From Leptospira sp. (GTDB lineage Bacteria > Spirochaetota > Leptospiria > Leptospirales > Leptospiraceae), in contig JAWXAQ010000035.1 of assembly GCA_034439575.1 (NCBI GenBank), positions 96,001 to 160,000 of the forward strand: a stretch of 64,000 nt of DNA, read 5' to 3'. The notes beneath the pieces were generated by a model. That model searched no databases and was not told where the DNA came from. It was given only the letters and a program-made list of their open reading frames with translations. Of the stretch, positions 20,253 through 30,672 are shown one piece after another. Each line of letters starts with the position of its first letter. The first letter of the stretch is position 1. The position numbers were made by a program, and so were the translations under genes.

Positions 20253-20860
20253 TTTTTACATTTCTTATTTAACTTTGAGATTACTTTAAATTCTACATCA
20301 GGCCAAAGTTTACTTTGACCATCTTTTCCTTTATGAAGATCATTACATATTTCGTTTAATTTTTGTAATCCATTCCCAAGGCCTAAAATATTTATATCCA
20401 AACTTCCATTCATTTCGATTGTATCTGCATTGATTGAAAATTTTACAGGAAGAGATTGTTTTGTTTTTCCCAATTCTAAGTGAAGAGTCGCATCACCACT
20501 GTTTGTTCCGCTAATTTTCGAAAAAGAACCTTTGATTAGTGGGCTGTTCTTCAAAGAACCAAAAAAATATTTTTTAATTTTTTCATCTCGATCAGGGTTG
20601 TTTGAATTTACAGAATTTGTTTTAATGATAAATGACAATCCTTGCACGGTTCCTAAAATGGAATCCGCTTTCTTAGTTTTTGTCACAGTAAAATGATCAA
20701 AAGTTCCTTTGACACCTGTCCTTTCTGTAAATTTGAACGCTGTCCACTCAATTGTGGTTCCCTTCGGGTCAAATGAATACTTACAAGATTCATCAGCAAA
20801 CAAAGGCATATGGAACAAAATGAACACAAGTAGACATATTTTTAAAAATAAAAATTTCAT
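20249..20860 (-). CDS. YceI family protein
   Basis: Signal peptide; WTAFK, GVKGTF, SVNSNNPDRD. Confidence 0.8.
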   Translation of the reverse strand: MKFLFLKICLLVFILFHMPLFADESCKYSFDPKGTTIEWTAFKFTERTGVKGTFDHFTVTKTKKADSILGTVQGLSFIIKTNSVNSNNPDRDEKIKKYFFGSLKNSPLIKGSFSKISGTNSGDATLHLELGKTKQSLPVKFSINADTIEMNGSLDINILGLGNGLQKLNEICNDLHKGKDGQSKLWPDVEFKVISKLNKKCKN

Positions 20861-20937
20861 TAAAAATCCCCTTTGCCTAAATAGAAAATTCGATCATTCA
20901 TTTGTCAACATCAGTCTAATCAGAGAAAAAAAAATGC

Positions 20938-23169
20938 ATGCTAAATATTATACAAAATCTTATCAAAAGTTTCTTTAACGAATTTTTATTTCGCAAAAAG
21001 GATGAGCTTCAATATCATTCGAATGAAGAAGAAAAAATACATTCGGTCTTCGCTTACCTTGCAGAAATAAATAAACAAAATACAAAGCCGAGTCATGGAT
21101 TACAATTTATTAGGAGCTATAAAAATAGATTTCCTAAAATAAATTTGGAAAACTATGAAGAGTTTTTGTCAGAAGTATCGGTACATTTTAGCCTTCGTCT
21201 CAATACTGTTAGTAAGAGTTTAGAAGAAATTCGCAATTATGTTACGCCAGATTCTCCTTTTCTAATTTTTTATCCAGATACATTTAGTGAGACATTAGAT
21301 GTTTATTCCATCACTTCGTACCATGCAGGTGCATATAAAATTTCAAAAATCAATGAAAGTTATCACGAAGAATGGATTTCAGAAAAAGACATATTATCAA
21401 AATTTAATATAGGAAATTCCAAAGAAAAAATAAAGTGGATCGTTAGCGAACCGTTATATGCTTTTTCAAATAAAAAACAGCATAATGTTAGCCATTTAAA
21501 AAATGCCATCAACCAAATCATTCACCTGATTCGGCTGGAAAAAAGAGATATTTGGATTATTTTTATATATGGTGTAGGAATAGGAATACTTTCTTTAGTC
21601 ATTCCTATTGCTACATCATCTCTAGTTAATATAGTTTCTTTTGGTGTATTAATACAACCCGTCATCGTACTCACATTACTCGTTGTATTCTTTTTGGGAT
21701 TTGCAGGAACTATGCAAGTCATTCAAACCTATGTTGTAGAAATATTACAGAGGCGCGTCTTTGTTCGCATAGCAACAGAATTTGCGGCAAAATTTCCAAG
21801 AATTAAACAAGAAGCGTTTCAGAATTATCACAAACCTGAGCTTGCGAATCGATTTTTTGATACTATGACCATACAAAAATCTATAAACACTTTATTAGTA
21901 GATGGATTATCCGTCGTACTAACAACGATTATTGGATTTTTACTCATTGGAATTTATCATCCTGTATTTTTAGTATTCGATTTTTTTATACTAATTATTG
22001 GCGGATATTATATTATCTATAAAATGGGAAAGGCATCTGCTACTTCTTATTTAAATGTCTCTAAAGAAAAATACAAAGTTGCGGCATGGATTGAAGAAAT
22101 CGCCAGACACTCAGCGACTTTCCATTCCAATTTAGGATCAAGATTTGGACTGAATAAAGCTGACTTCTTAGTTAGAGATTATATATTCGCTAGAGATAAA
22201 TATTTCAAAAACCTCATTCGCCAAATTATAGGTTTGATTATTTTGCAGGCCATTGCCAGTGCCATCGTACTGGGATTAGGTGGGTATTTAGTCATTCATC
22301 GCCAACTAACAATTGGCCAATTAGTCGCAGCTGAATTGGTGATTGCGAAAGTTTTAAGTGATATTTCGAAATTTGGAAAACAATTGGATAGTTTTTATAC
22401 TTTCATCGCTGCCGTAGACAAAATAGACGAAGTATTCCAATTGCCACTTTTAAAAACGGGAAACATTCCATTTATTCCTACTGAAAAACCAATCGAAGTG
22501 GAGTTATCAAATATTTATTATACGCCACCAAATCAATTCGAACTATTTTCGAACTTATCATTCAATATGAAATCAAAATCAGCAACTGGTTTAAAATTTT
22601 CCAATCCTTTTGAAGCCAGTGTGCTTTTGGATTTGATTTCATCCATTCGTGCACCTGACAAAGGAACGGTGTATTTTGACAAACAAGACATTTACGAAAC
22701 CGATTTTCTTACGAATCATGATGATTGTATATTAATCCGAGGAAATGAAATTTTTGAAGGCAGTATATTAGAAAATTTATGTTTAGGAAATGACAATATT
22801 TCATTAATAGAAATAAGAGAGCTCCTAGAAAAATTAAACTTTTGGAATGTGATAAATCAATTGGCAGACGGACTTCATTCCAAATTACAAACCTTTGGTT
22901 ATCCATTAAATACTGTGAATAAAAGTATGTTACAAATAACCCGTGCCATCCTTTGTTCACCAAGGTTACTTATGATAGACCAAACTTTGGACGGCTTACC
23001 TTCAGAATTCCTAGATCCTGCTTTAAAAATTCTGCTCGGTAAAGATCGCAATTGGACATTGATCGTCTCTTCCAAATCAAATCAAATTCTTTCGCGTATG
23101 GATCAAATTCTAAGTTTTGAAAATACGACAAATGTAGTTAAGTTAAATTCCAAAAAAGGGGGTGTTTAA
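20938..23169 (+). CDS. Type I secretion ABC transporter (TMD plus degenerate ATP-binding domain)
   Basis: ABC exporter TMD (ELANRFFD, LTIGQLVAAE); NBD remnants IFEGSILENL, RAILCSPRLLMID; followed by HlyD and TolC genes. Confidence 0.85.
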   Translation: MLNIIQNLIKSFFNEFLFRKKDELQYHSNEEEKIHSVFAYLAEINKQNTKPSHGLQFIRSYKNRFPKINLENYEEFLSEVSVHFSLRLNTVSKSLEEIRNYVTPDSPFLIFYPDTFSETLDVYSITSYHAGAYKISKINESYHEEWISEKDILSKFNIGNSKEKIKWIVSEPLYAFSNKKQHNVSHLKNAINQIIHLIRLEKRDIWIIFIYGVGIGILSLVIPIATSSLVNIVSFGVLIQPVIVLTLLVVFFLGFAGTMQVIQTYVVEILQRRVFVRIATEFAAKFPRIKQEAFQNYHKPELANRFFDTMTIQKSINTLLVDGLSVVLTTIIGFLLIGIYHPVFLVFDFFILIIGGYYIIYKMGKASATSYLNVSKEKYKVAAWIEEIARHSATFHSNLGSRFGLNKADFLVRDYIFARDKYFKNLIRQIIGLIILQAIASAIVLGLGGYLVIHRQLTIGQLVAAELVIAKVLSDISKFGKQLDSFYTFIAAVDKIDEVFQLPLLKTGNIPFIPTEKPIEVELSNIYYTPPNQFELFSNLSFNMKSKSATGLKFSNPFEASVLLDLISSIRAPDKGTVYFDKQDIYETDFLTNHDDCILIRGNEIFEGSILENLCLGNDNISLIEIRELLEKLNFWNVINQLADGLHSKLQTFGYPLNTVNKSMLQITRAILCSPRLLMIDQTLDGLPSEFLDPALKILLGKDRNWTLIVSSKSNQILSRMDQILSFENTTNVVKLNSKKGGV

Positions 23170-23170
23170 C

Positions 23171-24502
23171 ATGTTACCAACTAAATGGAATTTCAAAGAA
23201 ACTCTTCCTGCTTATAGATTGGTGCAGACCGCCAAACCTGCGCAGTCCTTAGCTTATATTTTATTTGTACTCTTTTTTATCACAATTATGATTCTTGCAT
23301 TTTTGCCTTGGCAACAAACAACTATGGGTTTCGGAAGAGTGGTTGCATATGCGCCTTTTGATCGCCAACAGCTAATAGAATCTCCGATTAACGGACGTGT
23401 TGTGAAGTGGCATGTCCATGAAGGTAGTAAAGTTAGAAAGGGTGACCCGATCATAGATATATCTGACAATGATCCAGATTTTATAAATCGGATTAGAGAA
23501 GAAAAAAATGCTCTCCTCCAAAGATTGGAAGCGGCAAAATCCCGTGAAGAAAGTTTACGTTCCAGAATCCTATCTTTAAGGTCTTCAAGAGGAAATGCTG
23601 TTGATGCCGCAGATTCTAGACGCATGATGGCAAAGGATAGAGTGAGAGCCAGCGAACAGGCAGTAGATGCTGCGAGGGCAACACTCAAAACAGCAACGAT
23701 CAACTTGGAACGTCAAAAACAATTATTAGAAAAAGGTTTAACTTCAAAACGAAATTTAGAACTAGCCGAATTAGAACATACAACAGCTTATACTGGACTC
23801 GACCGATCCAAAGCAAATTACGAAGCGGCAGTTAAAGAAGAGAGAGCATTAAATTCAGATACTGGAAAAGTAACTCAAGATGCAGAAGCCGCAATCAATG
23901 ATGCACGAGCTTCACTGGCTTCTGCTCAATCGGAAGTGGCACGTGTTTTAGAAGAATTACCGAGACTAGAAGCAAGATTATCTAGACAACAAAATCAGGA
24001 AGTATTTGCTCCTCGTGATGGAACTGTTATGCGAATATTAGTAAATCCAGATACCCAACAAGTTAAAGAGGGTGATGGTGTCGCATTAATTGTTCCTGAA
24101 TCAGAAGACAAAGCCGTAGAATTGTTTATATCAGGAAATGATATCCCCTTAATTAGTGAAGGTAGAAAAGTGAGATTACAATTCCAAGGATATCCCGTTT
24201 TACAATTGAGTGGTTGGCCTGAAATGGCGGTAGGTACATTTGGAGGAGTCGTCAAGTTAGTCGATGTTTCAGATAATGGATCGGGTAACTTTAGAGTTCT
24301 GATCATACCAGATTATCAAGATAGAAAGTGGCCATCAGAAAGGTTTTTACGCCAAGGGGTACGTGTAAAAGGATGGATTTTTCTCAATCGTGTCAGCATA
24401 GGTTTTGAACTGTGGCGAAGGTTTAATGATTTTCCTCCTATGTTACCTATGGATGATCCAGAAATAAAAATGTTATTAGATGAAAATAAGGCAAAGAAAT
24501 GA
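23171..24502 (+). CDS. HlyD family membrane fusion/adaptor protein
   Basis: TM anchor, lipoyl-like ESPINGRV...VHEGSKVRKGD, long coiled coil, APRDGTV; alternative GTG start at 23162. Confidence 0.92.
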   Translation: MLPTKWNFKETLPAYRLVQTAKPAQSLAYILFVLFFITIMILAFLPWQQTTMGFGRVVAYAPFDRQQLIESPINGRVVKWHVHEGSKVRKGDPIIDISDNDPDFINRIREEKNALLQRLEAAKSREESLRSRILSLRSSRGNAVDAADSRRMMAKDRVRASEQAVDAARATLKTATINLERQKQLLEKGLTSKRNLELAELEHTTAYTGLDRSKANYEAAVKEERALNSDTGKVTQDAEAAINDARASLASAQSEVARVLEELPRLEARLSRQQNQEVFAPRDGTVMRILVNPDTQQVKEGDGVALIVPESEDKAVELFISGNDIPLISEGRKVRLQFQGYPVLQLSGWPEMAVGTFGGVVKLVDVSDNGSGNFRVLIIPDYQDRKWPSERFLRQGVRVKGWIFLNRVSIGFELWRRFNDFPPMLPMDDPEIKMLLDENKAKK

Positions 24503-26001
24503 ATCATTGGTTTAAATTTCTTTTTTCAACATTCTTTATACTTCCGTTTACATTGTTATTTGGAGAGGTTGAAGTTGATCCCAAACGAAAAGATTCACTC
24601 CAAAATATGTTCACACCAAATATATTTTCTGAAGATTATATCAATAAACAGCCAGGTGTTCTTACTTTAAGTGAACTTTTGCGATCAGTAGAAAAATCAT
24701 ACCCTCTAGTCCTTGCCGCTGAAAAATTATTATCTGAAGCTGAGTACAATTATCTCGCCGCAGAAGGTGCTTTTGATTTACAATTTAAATCTCTTGGGAC
24801 TACAAAACCCCTTGGATACTACCAAAACAATGCATCTGATTCTTTCTTTGAAAAGCCAACTCCGTTAGGTGGAACTTCCTTTTTTGCAGGATATAGAATT
24901 GGTCGCGGAAAATTTCCTGCCTATGATGGAAGGCGAGAGACAAATGATTATGGCGAAGTAAGAGCAGGTGCAATTGTTCCACTCATACGTAATCGTGAAA
25001 TCGATAAAAATCGTGCTGATATCAAAAAAGCAGACATTGATCGAAAATTGGCAGAGCTATCTATCCAAAAACTCAAAATAGAAATAGTAAGAGAGGCCAC
25101 ACGTAGGTATTGGAAATGGGTGGCTTCGGGCCAAGAATATTTGGTCTACAAAGACTTACTTGCGATAGCGAAAGTTAGACAAAGCCAAATTTCAGAGAGA
25201 ATCAAGTTAGGCGACTTACCGAGAATCGAAGGGACTGACAATGATAGAGCTATATTACAAAGGGAATCACAATTAGTATCCGCAGAACGTGAGTTACAAA
25301 AATCGGCCATCGATCTTTCCTTATTTTTAAGAACCCCTGATGGTACAATGATTCTACCCAAAGAAAGTTCTCTGCCCATAGGATTTCCAAATCCTCTTTC
25401 CATCAACTCACTTCAATTAGATGAATCAATCAGAAAGGCTTGGAAATTTAGACCTGAACTTGCAGACTTTGAATTCAAACGAAACAAAGTGAGCATTGAT
25501 CGTGAGCTTGGTTACAATTCGGCAAAACCACAAGTTGATTTAGTAGTGGCAACTTCACAAGATTTTGGACCTGGATCTGTAACAAGAGCAAAGCCAGAAT
25601 TGGAAGCTTCACTAGTATTGAATCTTCCCATACAAACAAAACGTCCGCGTGGACAAATTGGCGCAGCCGAAGCAAAACTGGCACAACTTGATCAAGAATT
25701 ACAATTTGCAAAAGATAAAATTTCCACAGAAGTCCAAGATGCCATTTCGGAAGTAAATACTTCGTCCAAACGTGTTGATATGTCGAAAGCAGAAGTAGAG
25801 CTTGCGAAAAAAATCGAAGAATTAGAGAGAGATCGCTTTTTTTTAGGAGATTCTAATTTGTTAATTGTGAATATTCGAGAACAAACATCTTCCGAAGCTT
25901 CGATCCGAGAAATCAAAGCCTTACTTGATCATCATACTTCAGTAGCAAATTATAAAGCAGCCATTGCAAGTGTATTACAAAACTCGGAAGTACACGAGTA
26001 A
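24499..26001 (+). CDS. TolC family outer membrane efflux protein
   Basis: Signal peptide, LSELL...YPLV, helical repeats, RPEL; in operon with ABC and HlyD. Confidence 0.9.
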   Translation: MNHWFKFLFSTFFILPFTLLFGEVEVDPKRKDSLQNMFTPNIFSEDYINKQPGVLTLSELLRSVEKSYPLVLAAEKLLSEAEYNYLAAEGAFDLQFKSLGTTKPLGYYQNNASDSFFEKPTPLGGTSFFAGYRIGRGKFPAYDGRRETNDYGEVRAGAIVPLIRNREIDKNRADIKKADIDRKLAELSIQKLKIEIVREATRRYWKWVASGQEYLVYKDLLAIAKVRQSQISERIKLGDLPRIEGTDNDRAILQRESQLVSAERELQKSAIDLSLFLRTPDGTMILPKESSLPIGFPNPLSINSLQLDESIRKAWKFRPELADFEFKRNKVSIDRELGYNSAKPQVDLVVATSQDFGPGSVTRAKPELEASLVLNLPIQTKRPRGQIGAAEAKLAQLDQELQFAKDKISTEVQDAISEVNTSSKRVDMSKAEVELAKKIEELERDRFFLGDSNLLIVNIREQTSSEASIREIKALLDHHTSVANYKAAIASVLQNSEVHE

Positions 26002-26068
26002 AACAGAAACTACATCAAAATAAAAAACGACTTTCGCTCCTTGCTTAGTCTTAAAAAATCTTCCACAT

Positions 26069-27763
26069 ATGCATGGTGAAGAATCCTTATTAACAGACAT
26101 TGGTTTAAGTATTATTTTTGCAACTGTCCTAAGTCATGTGGCACGAGTATTAAAGCAACCTTTGATTCTAGGATACATAATCGGGGGAGTACTTCTTGGC
26201 CAAGAAATGGGATTTTCTTTAGTCACTAATGAAGCTTCCGTAGAATTGATTTCAGAAATTGGTCTCATTTTACTACTCTTTATCATCGGTCTTGAAATCA
26301 ATCTTGCCGAACTTGCGAAAATGGGTAAGGCCATGTTCTTACTTGGAACCTTACAGTTCACACTCTCTGTTGCATTTATATATTCCGTTTTTCCTTTTCT
26401 TGGATTGCCAATTGGTGGAGAAAAATTTGACCTTCTATACATAGCCGTTGCTCTATCACTCAGCTCTACATTAATCGTTGTTAAGTTACTTCAAGACAAA
26501 GTCGAAATTAACACACTTTCAGGAAAACTCACAGTCGGGGTACTCGTATTCCAAGATATTTGGGCGATCCTTTTTATGGGTGTTCAACCTAACCTCAATA
26601 ACCCAGAAATTCTAAAAATCCTCGCATCGATCGGTAAGATCGTAGTCATATTAATCGCTAGTTTCAGCATAAGTAAGTATTTTCTTGCACGATTATACAA
26701 AGCATGTGCCAGTAGCCCCGAACTTATCCTTTTAACATCTATTATGTGGTGTTTTACGATATGCGGAGTCGCTGGTGAAGTTGGTTTATCAAAAGAAATG
26801 GGTGCCTTAGTCGCTGGTATGAGTATCGCGGCTTTTCCTTACGGTGCAGATGTTATTTCTAAGTTAATTGGTATACGAGATTTTTTTGTGACTCTATTCT
26901 TTGTAGCCTTAGGACTGAAAGTTCCTATGCCAAATCTCCAAGTCGTCGCTATATCTTTTGCTTTTATCATACTTATGTTTATTGTCAGAATTCTTAGCAT
27001 TGCACCAGTTATTATTAGTTTGAAAAAAGGTGTTCGAAATGGATTTTTGACTTCACTTAACTTAGCTCAGATTTCTGAATTTTCACTCGTAATCATGGCA
27101 CTTGGTGTAGGTTTTGATCACATAACACCTCAACTAAAAGCGACCATCCTTACATCTACTATCATTGCCTCTGTAGTTTCAACTTACGTGATTATGTTCA
27201 ATCATCCAATAGCGGCAGTTCTGACTCGATGGTTAGCAAAATTTGGCATTACTGATCAATCAGTAGAAGAAAAAACTGCGGATGGAGCTCACGGACATGC
27301 TGCTGGACATGGTCATGGTGAAGTTAGAGATATCATAGTTCTCGGTTACTTTCGAATTGCCAGAGCATTTGTAAGTTATGTGGTGGATCTTTCTCCTTCA
27401 CTTACAAAACGGATCATCATCGCCGATTATAATCCTGCTTTTAAAGATGAGTTAACAAACCAAGGATTCAAATGGGCCTACGCAGACCTTGCACATCCAG
27501 AGTCCCTCACTCATATCGGTCTTCATGATGCGTCGATGGTAATTTGTACGATTTCAGATAGTTTTTTAAAAGGCACAAATAACGCACGTTTACTGGCAAC
27601 TTTAGGTAAACTTGCTCCAAATGCAAAGATAGTTTTAACTTCTGACGAACCAGATGATGCTAAAAAATTGGTCATTGATGGAGCGAATAAAGTAATCGTG
27701 CCAGGTGTGATCACTGGAGAATTCCTTTATGACTATATCGCATCTGGAATGCGCAAAGTATAG
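26069..27763 (+). CDS. CPA2 cation:proton antiporter (Kef-like) with C-terminal RCK/TrkA-N domain
   Basis: LLFIIGLE, LSSTLIVVKLL, LVFQD, RDFF, QISEFS; C-terminal IIVLGY Rossmann-like region. Confidence 0.9.
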   Translation: MHGEESLLTDIGLSIIFATVLSHVARVLKQPLILGYIIGGVLLGQEMGFSLVTNEASVELISEIGLILLLFIIGLEINLAELAKMGKAMFLLGTLQFTLSVAFIYSVFPFLGLPIGGEKFDLLYIAVALSLSSTLIVVKLLQDKVEINTLSGKLTVGVLVFQDIWAILFMGVQPNLNNPEILKILASIGKIVVILIASFSISKYFLARLYKACASSPELILLTSIMWCFTICGVAGEVGLSKEMGALVAGMSIAAFPYGADVISKLIGIRDFFVTLFFVALGLKVPMPNLQVVAISFAFIILMFIVRILSIAPVIISLKKGVRNGFLTSLNLAQISEFSLVIMALGVGFDHITPQLKATILTSTIIASVVSTYVIMFNHPIAAVLTRWLAKFGITDQSVEEKTADGAHGHAAGHGHGEVRDIIVLGYFRIARAFVSYVVDLSPSLTKRIIIADYNPAFKDELTNQGFKWAYADLAHPESLTHIGLHDASMVICTISDSFLKGTNNARLLATLGKLAPNAKIVLTSDEPDDAKKLVIDGANKVIVPGVITGEFLYDYIASGMRKV

Positions 27764-27774
27764 CATAACAGGGG

Positions 27775-28518
27775 TTAGTTTAATAATCCTCTTTTTTTGA
27801 AATCAGCCCGAACGATCTCCAAATCTTCGGGTGTATCAACTCCAAGGCTCGCTTTTGATGCGGAAAAAACGCCGATTGTTTTTCCCGCTTGCATTGCTCT
27901 TAGCTGTTCTAGAGACTCACTTGCTTCCCAAGTAGACTTAGGTAAATCTTGATACGAAAGTAAAAAATCTCTCTCATAACAATAAATCCCTAAATGCCGG
28001 AAATAATCTGCATTGTTTTTAAAAGAGGCCGGAATCGGGGATCTGGAAAAATAATTTGCCTTTCCATTTCTATCAAACACAACTTTGACACGATTTGGAT
28101 CTTTCGGATCTTCCGTACTTAAAAAAGGAACTGCTGCAGTTGTCATTTCCCAGTTTGGGTGTTTTTGTTTTAATGCCACTATACCATCGATTAACTCACG
28201 CTCTATGCCTGGCTCATCACCTTGTATGTTTACGATGATTTGATAGTCGGATAATTGTTGACAAACTTCGATAAGGCGATCTGTTCCTGTTTGGTGGTCG
28301 ACACTCGTCATCACCACATTTCCACCAAATTTTAAAACAGCATTTTCAATTTCTTCATTATCCGTGGCAACGACCAAATGATCTAAACATGTCGCTGCTT
28401 TCGCATGAATATAAGTCCACTCAATCATGGACTTATTTCCTATTTGTGCAAGTGGTTTAGCAGGAAAACGTGTGCTCGCATACCTTGCCGGAATCACACC
28501 CAAAACTTTCTTTGTCAT
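27775..28518 (-). CDS. kdsB: 3-deoxy-manno-octulosonate cytidylyltransferase
   Basis: IPARYASTRFPAKPL, GTDR, NIQGDEP, YFSR, LEQLR, GVDTPED. Confidence 0.96.
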   Translation of the reverse strand: MTKKVLGVIPARYASTRFPAKPLAQIGNKSMIEWTYIHAKAATCLDHLVVATDNEEIENAVLKFGGNVVMTSVDHQTGTDRLIEVCQQLSDYQIIVNIQGDEPGIERELIDGIVALKQKHPNWEMTTAAVPFLSTEDPKDPNRVKVVFDRNGKANYFSRSPIPASFKNNADYFRHLGIYCYERDFLLSYQDLPKSTWEASESLEQLRAMQAGKTIGVFSASKASLGVDTPEDLEIVRADFKKRGLLN

Positions 28519-28520
28519 TC

Positions 28521-29048
28521 TTAGTTAACTAAAAATTCTGTGAAATAAATTTCTTTAATTTTTCCATTCGTTAAAATGTGATTTAAATGAGCTTTTATCT
28601 CTTCGCGTAAATCCAATTGATTTGTTATACTCTTTAACTCATCTTTAGTTTTTCTTGCGATAACTAAGTTGATGATATTTTGCATTTGAGCAACACGAGT
28701 TGCAAGTTCTTGCGAAAGCGCAGGTTGACCTGATTCAAATCCCAATGACATTTTCAATTTAACAAAGTGAGACTCTCCAACATCAGAAGTATTCACTCGA
28801 AATTCTTCTTGGAATGTATAAATTTCCAATGGAGGAGGAGCTTTTACTAAGGAAATATTTTTCTGTTGTTTGAATACACTTGTAGCTGTTTTTTGTGCGA
28901 CAAACATTGATATAACGGTAACAATAATGATACCAAATATCGCGGCCGCAATGTACAACAACCACTTTACAATAGGAGACATCCCTGCTGCAGAGGGACT
29001 ACCTTCGGCTAACCCACCTTCTTCTTCATCTACTTCACGGTCACCCAT
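28521..29048 (-). CDS. fliL: Flagellar basal body-associated protein FliL
   Basis: Single TM, FRVN, LREEIK...IKEIYFTEF; downstream of motB. Confidence 0.9.
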   Translation of the reverse strand: MGDREVDEEEGGLAEGSPSAAGMSPIVKWLLYIAAAIFGIIIVTVISMFVAQKTATSVFKQQKNISLVKAPPPLEIYTFQEEFRVNTSDVGESHFVKLKMSLGFESGQPALSQELATRVAQMQNIINLVIARKTKDELKSITNQLDLREEIKAHLNHILTNGKIKEIYFTEFLVN

Positions 29049-29049
29049 G

Positions 29050-29877
29050 TTAGTTTTCTCCTTCTACATTTGTTTCAGTATTTGGTAAACGAGTTTCAGG
29101 TAAGCCGTATTTGCTTTCACCTGGCGCACGTTTGGTTGATTTTTCTGTGAGTATGATTATATCTACTCTTCGATTATATGCTTTTGCTTCTGGTGTTCCA
29201 TCATTTTCAACAAGTAGTGGTCGGTAAGAACCAAAACTTACTGCTTGGAACCAACTTGGATCAATTTCTTCTGAATTGATCATAAACACGGTTGTATTGA
29301 CGGCACGTGCTGCAGCTAAATCCCAATTGTTTATATATTCTCTTTCTTCTCGTCCTGGACGATTTACGGGATTCACTGCATCATCATCGCTATGCCCTTC
29401 CACTCGCACAAAGCGCTCGAGTCCTTTGATAAGTCCTGCCGCCTTTCTTAAGGTTTCTCGTATCGAGGGTGTTAGTATGGCTGAACCAGGATAAAAATAA
29501 TCAGCACCAACGAGAGAAATGATTAATCCTCTTTCGTTTTCCGAAATTCTGACCTTTCCCGCATCAACTTCAGGTTTGAAAACTTCTTGCGCATCTTTTT
29601 TGGATTTAGATAAATTTCTTCCTACGACTTGTGAAGGAAGAGACTCAATCTGCATCCCCATTTCTTCTAAAGAGCCTTTGGACAAAGTTTGCCCACCGGT
29701 AAAAAATCCGGTAGTAGACTTAAATGCTGATAAAATAATCTGCATTTCCCTTGCATCAGTTTTTCCTGTTGTATACAAAAGAATAAAGAAACACAATAAT
29801 AGTGTCACCATATCTCCGTAAGTTGCCATGAACTCAGGAACTTTTTGTATACATTCAGGACATTTCTGTTTGGCCAT
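29050..29877 (-). CDS. motB: Flagellar stator protein MotB
   Basis: TYGDMVTLLLCFF TM with conserved Asp; OmpA-like EGHSD, NWDL, NRRVDI. Confidence 0.95.
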   Translation of the reverse strand: MAKQKCPECIQKVPEFMATYGDMVTLLLCFFILLYTTGKTDAREMQIILSAFKSTTGFFTGGQTLSKGSLEEMGMQIESLPSQVVGRNLSKSKKDAQEVFKPEVDAGKVRISENERGLIISLVGADYFYPGSAILTPSIRETLRKAAGLIKGLERFVRVEGHSDDDAVNPVNRPGREEREYINNWDLAAARAVNTTVFMINSEEIDPSWFQAVSFGSYRPLLVENDGTPEAKAYNRRVDIIILTEKSTKRAPGESKYGLPETRLPNTETNVEGEN

Positions 29878-29886
29878 GATTAAAAA

Positions 29887-30669
29887 CTATTCCCCATCTT
29901 CCTTGAGAGCGGCTCTTTCACTAGGAGTTAAGAAACTCGCTAGTTTCTCTTTTACGATCCTTGGGTTATCTCCAGATTGAATGGATAGAGTTCCTTCCAC
30001 CATAACTTGTTTTATCACAAGTTCATCTTCAGATCGCCTAGTCAACTTACGAACCACAGGTGCTGCAAATAAGTTTTGTGCAAGTGATCCGTAAAGAGTT
30101 GTAATTAAGGCAGTGGCCATACCTTGTCCGATCGCACTGGCGTCACCACCACCAAGGTTTTTTAACATCCCCACAAGACCAACAAGTGTCCCGAGCATCC
30201 CGAAGCCTGGCGCAAAACCAGCGTAAGCATCCCACCAAGCCCTTCCATAGGCATGTCTTGTGGCGGTATTGCCAATTTCAGTTTCCATAATATTTCGAAC
30301 GAGTTCTGGATCCGTTCCATCCACTACGAGTTGGATTCCTTTTTTTAAAAATTCCTCTGGCAATTCATTGATATCGTCTTCGAGTGCAAGTAGACCTTCA
30401 CGTCTTGCTTTCTCTGAAAAGCTAACTAGTGTCGTGATTAGATTTGGTAAATCGAAGGTAGGTGTTTGAAATGCTTTTTTTGTAACGGCACCAACACCAG
30501 TTGTAGATGTCCAAGGGAAGGAAATAATTGTCGCAGCTGCCGCACCACCAAACGTAATCATGACGGATGGGATATCAATTAAGTCAGTGAGCGCGAGACC
30601 CCCAGAGACGACCCCCAAGAGCATCAACGCTATTCCTAATGCTAATCCAATGACTGTAGCTATATCCAT
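29887..30669 (-). CDS. motA: Flagellar stator protein MotA
   Basis: ARREGLLALE, APGFGMLGTLVGL, ALITTLYG, GDNPR. Confidence 0.96.
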   Translation of the reverse strand: MDIATVIGLALGIALMLLGVVSGGLALTDLIDIPSVMITFGGAAAATIISFPWTSTTGVGAVTKKAFQTPTFDLPNLITTLVSFSEKARREGLLALEDDINELPEEFLKKGIQLVVDGTDPELVRNIMETEIGNTATRHAYGRAWWDAYAGFAPGFGMLGTLVGLVGMLKNLGGGDASAIGQGMATALITTLYGSLAQNLFAAPVVRKLTRRSEDELVIKQVMVEGTLSIQSGDNPRIVKEKLASFLTPSERAALKEDGE

Positions 30670-30672
30670 GAT

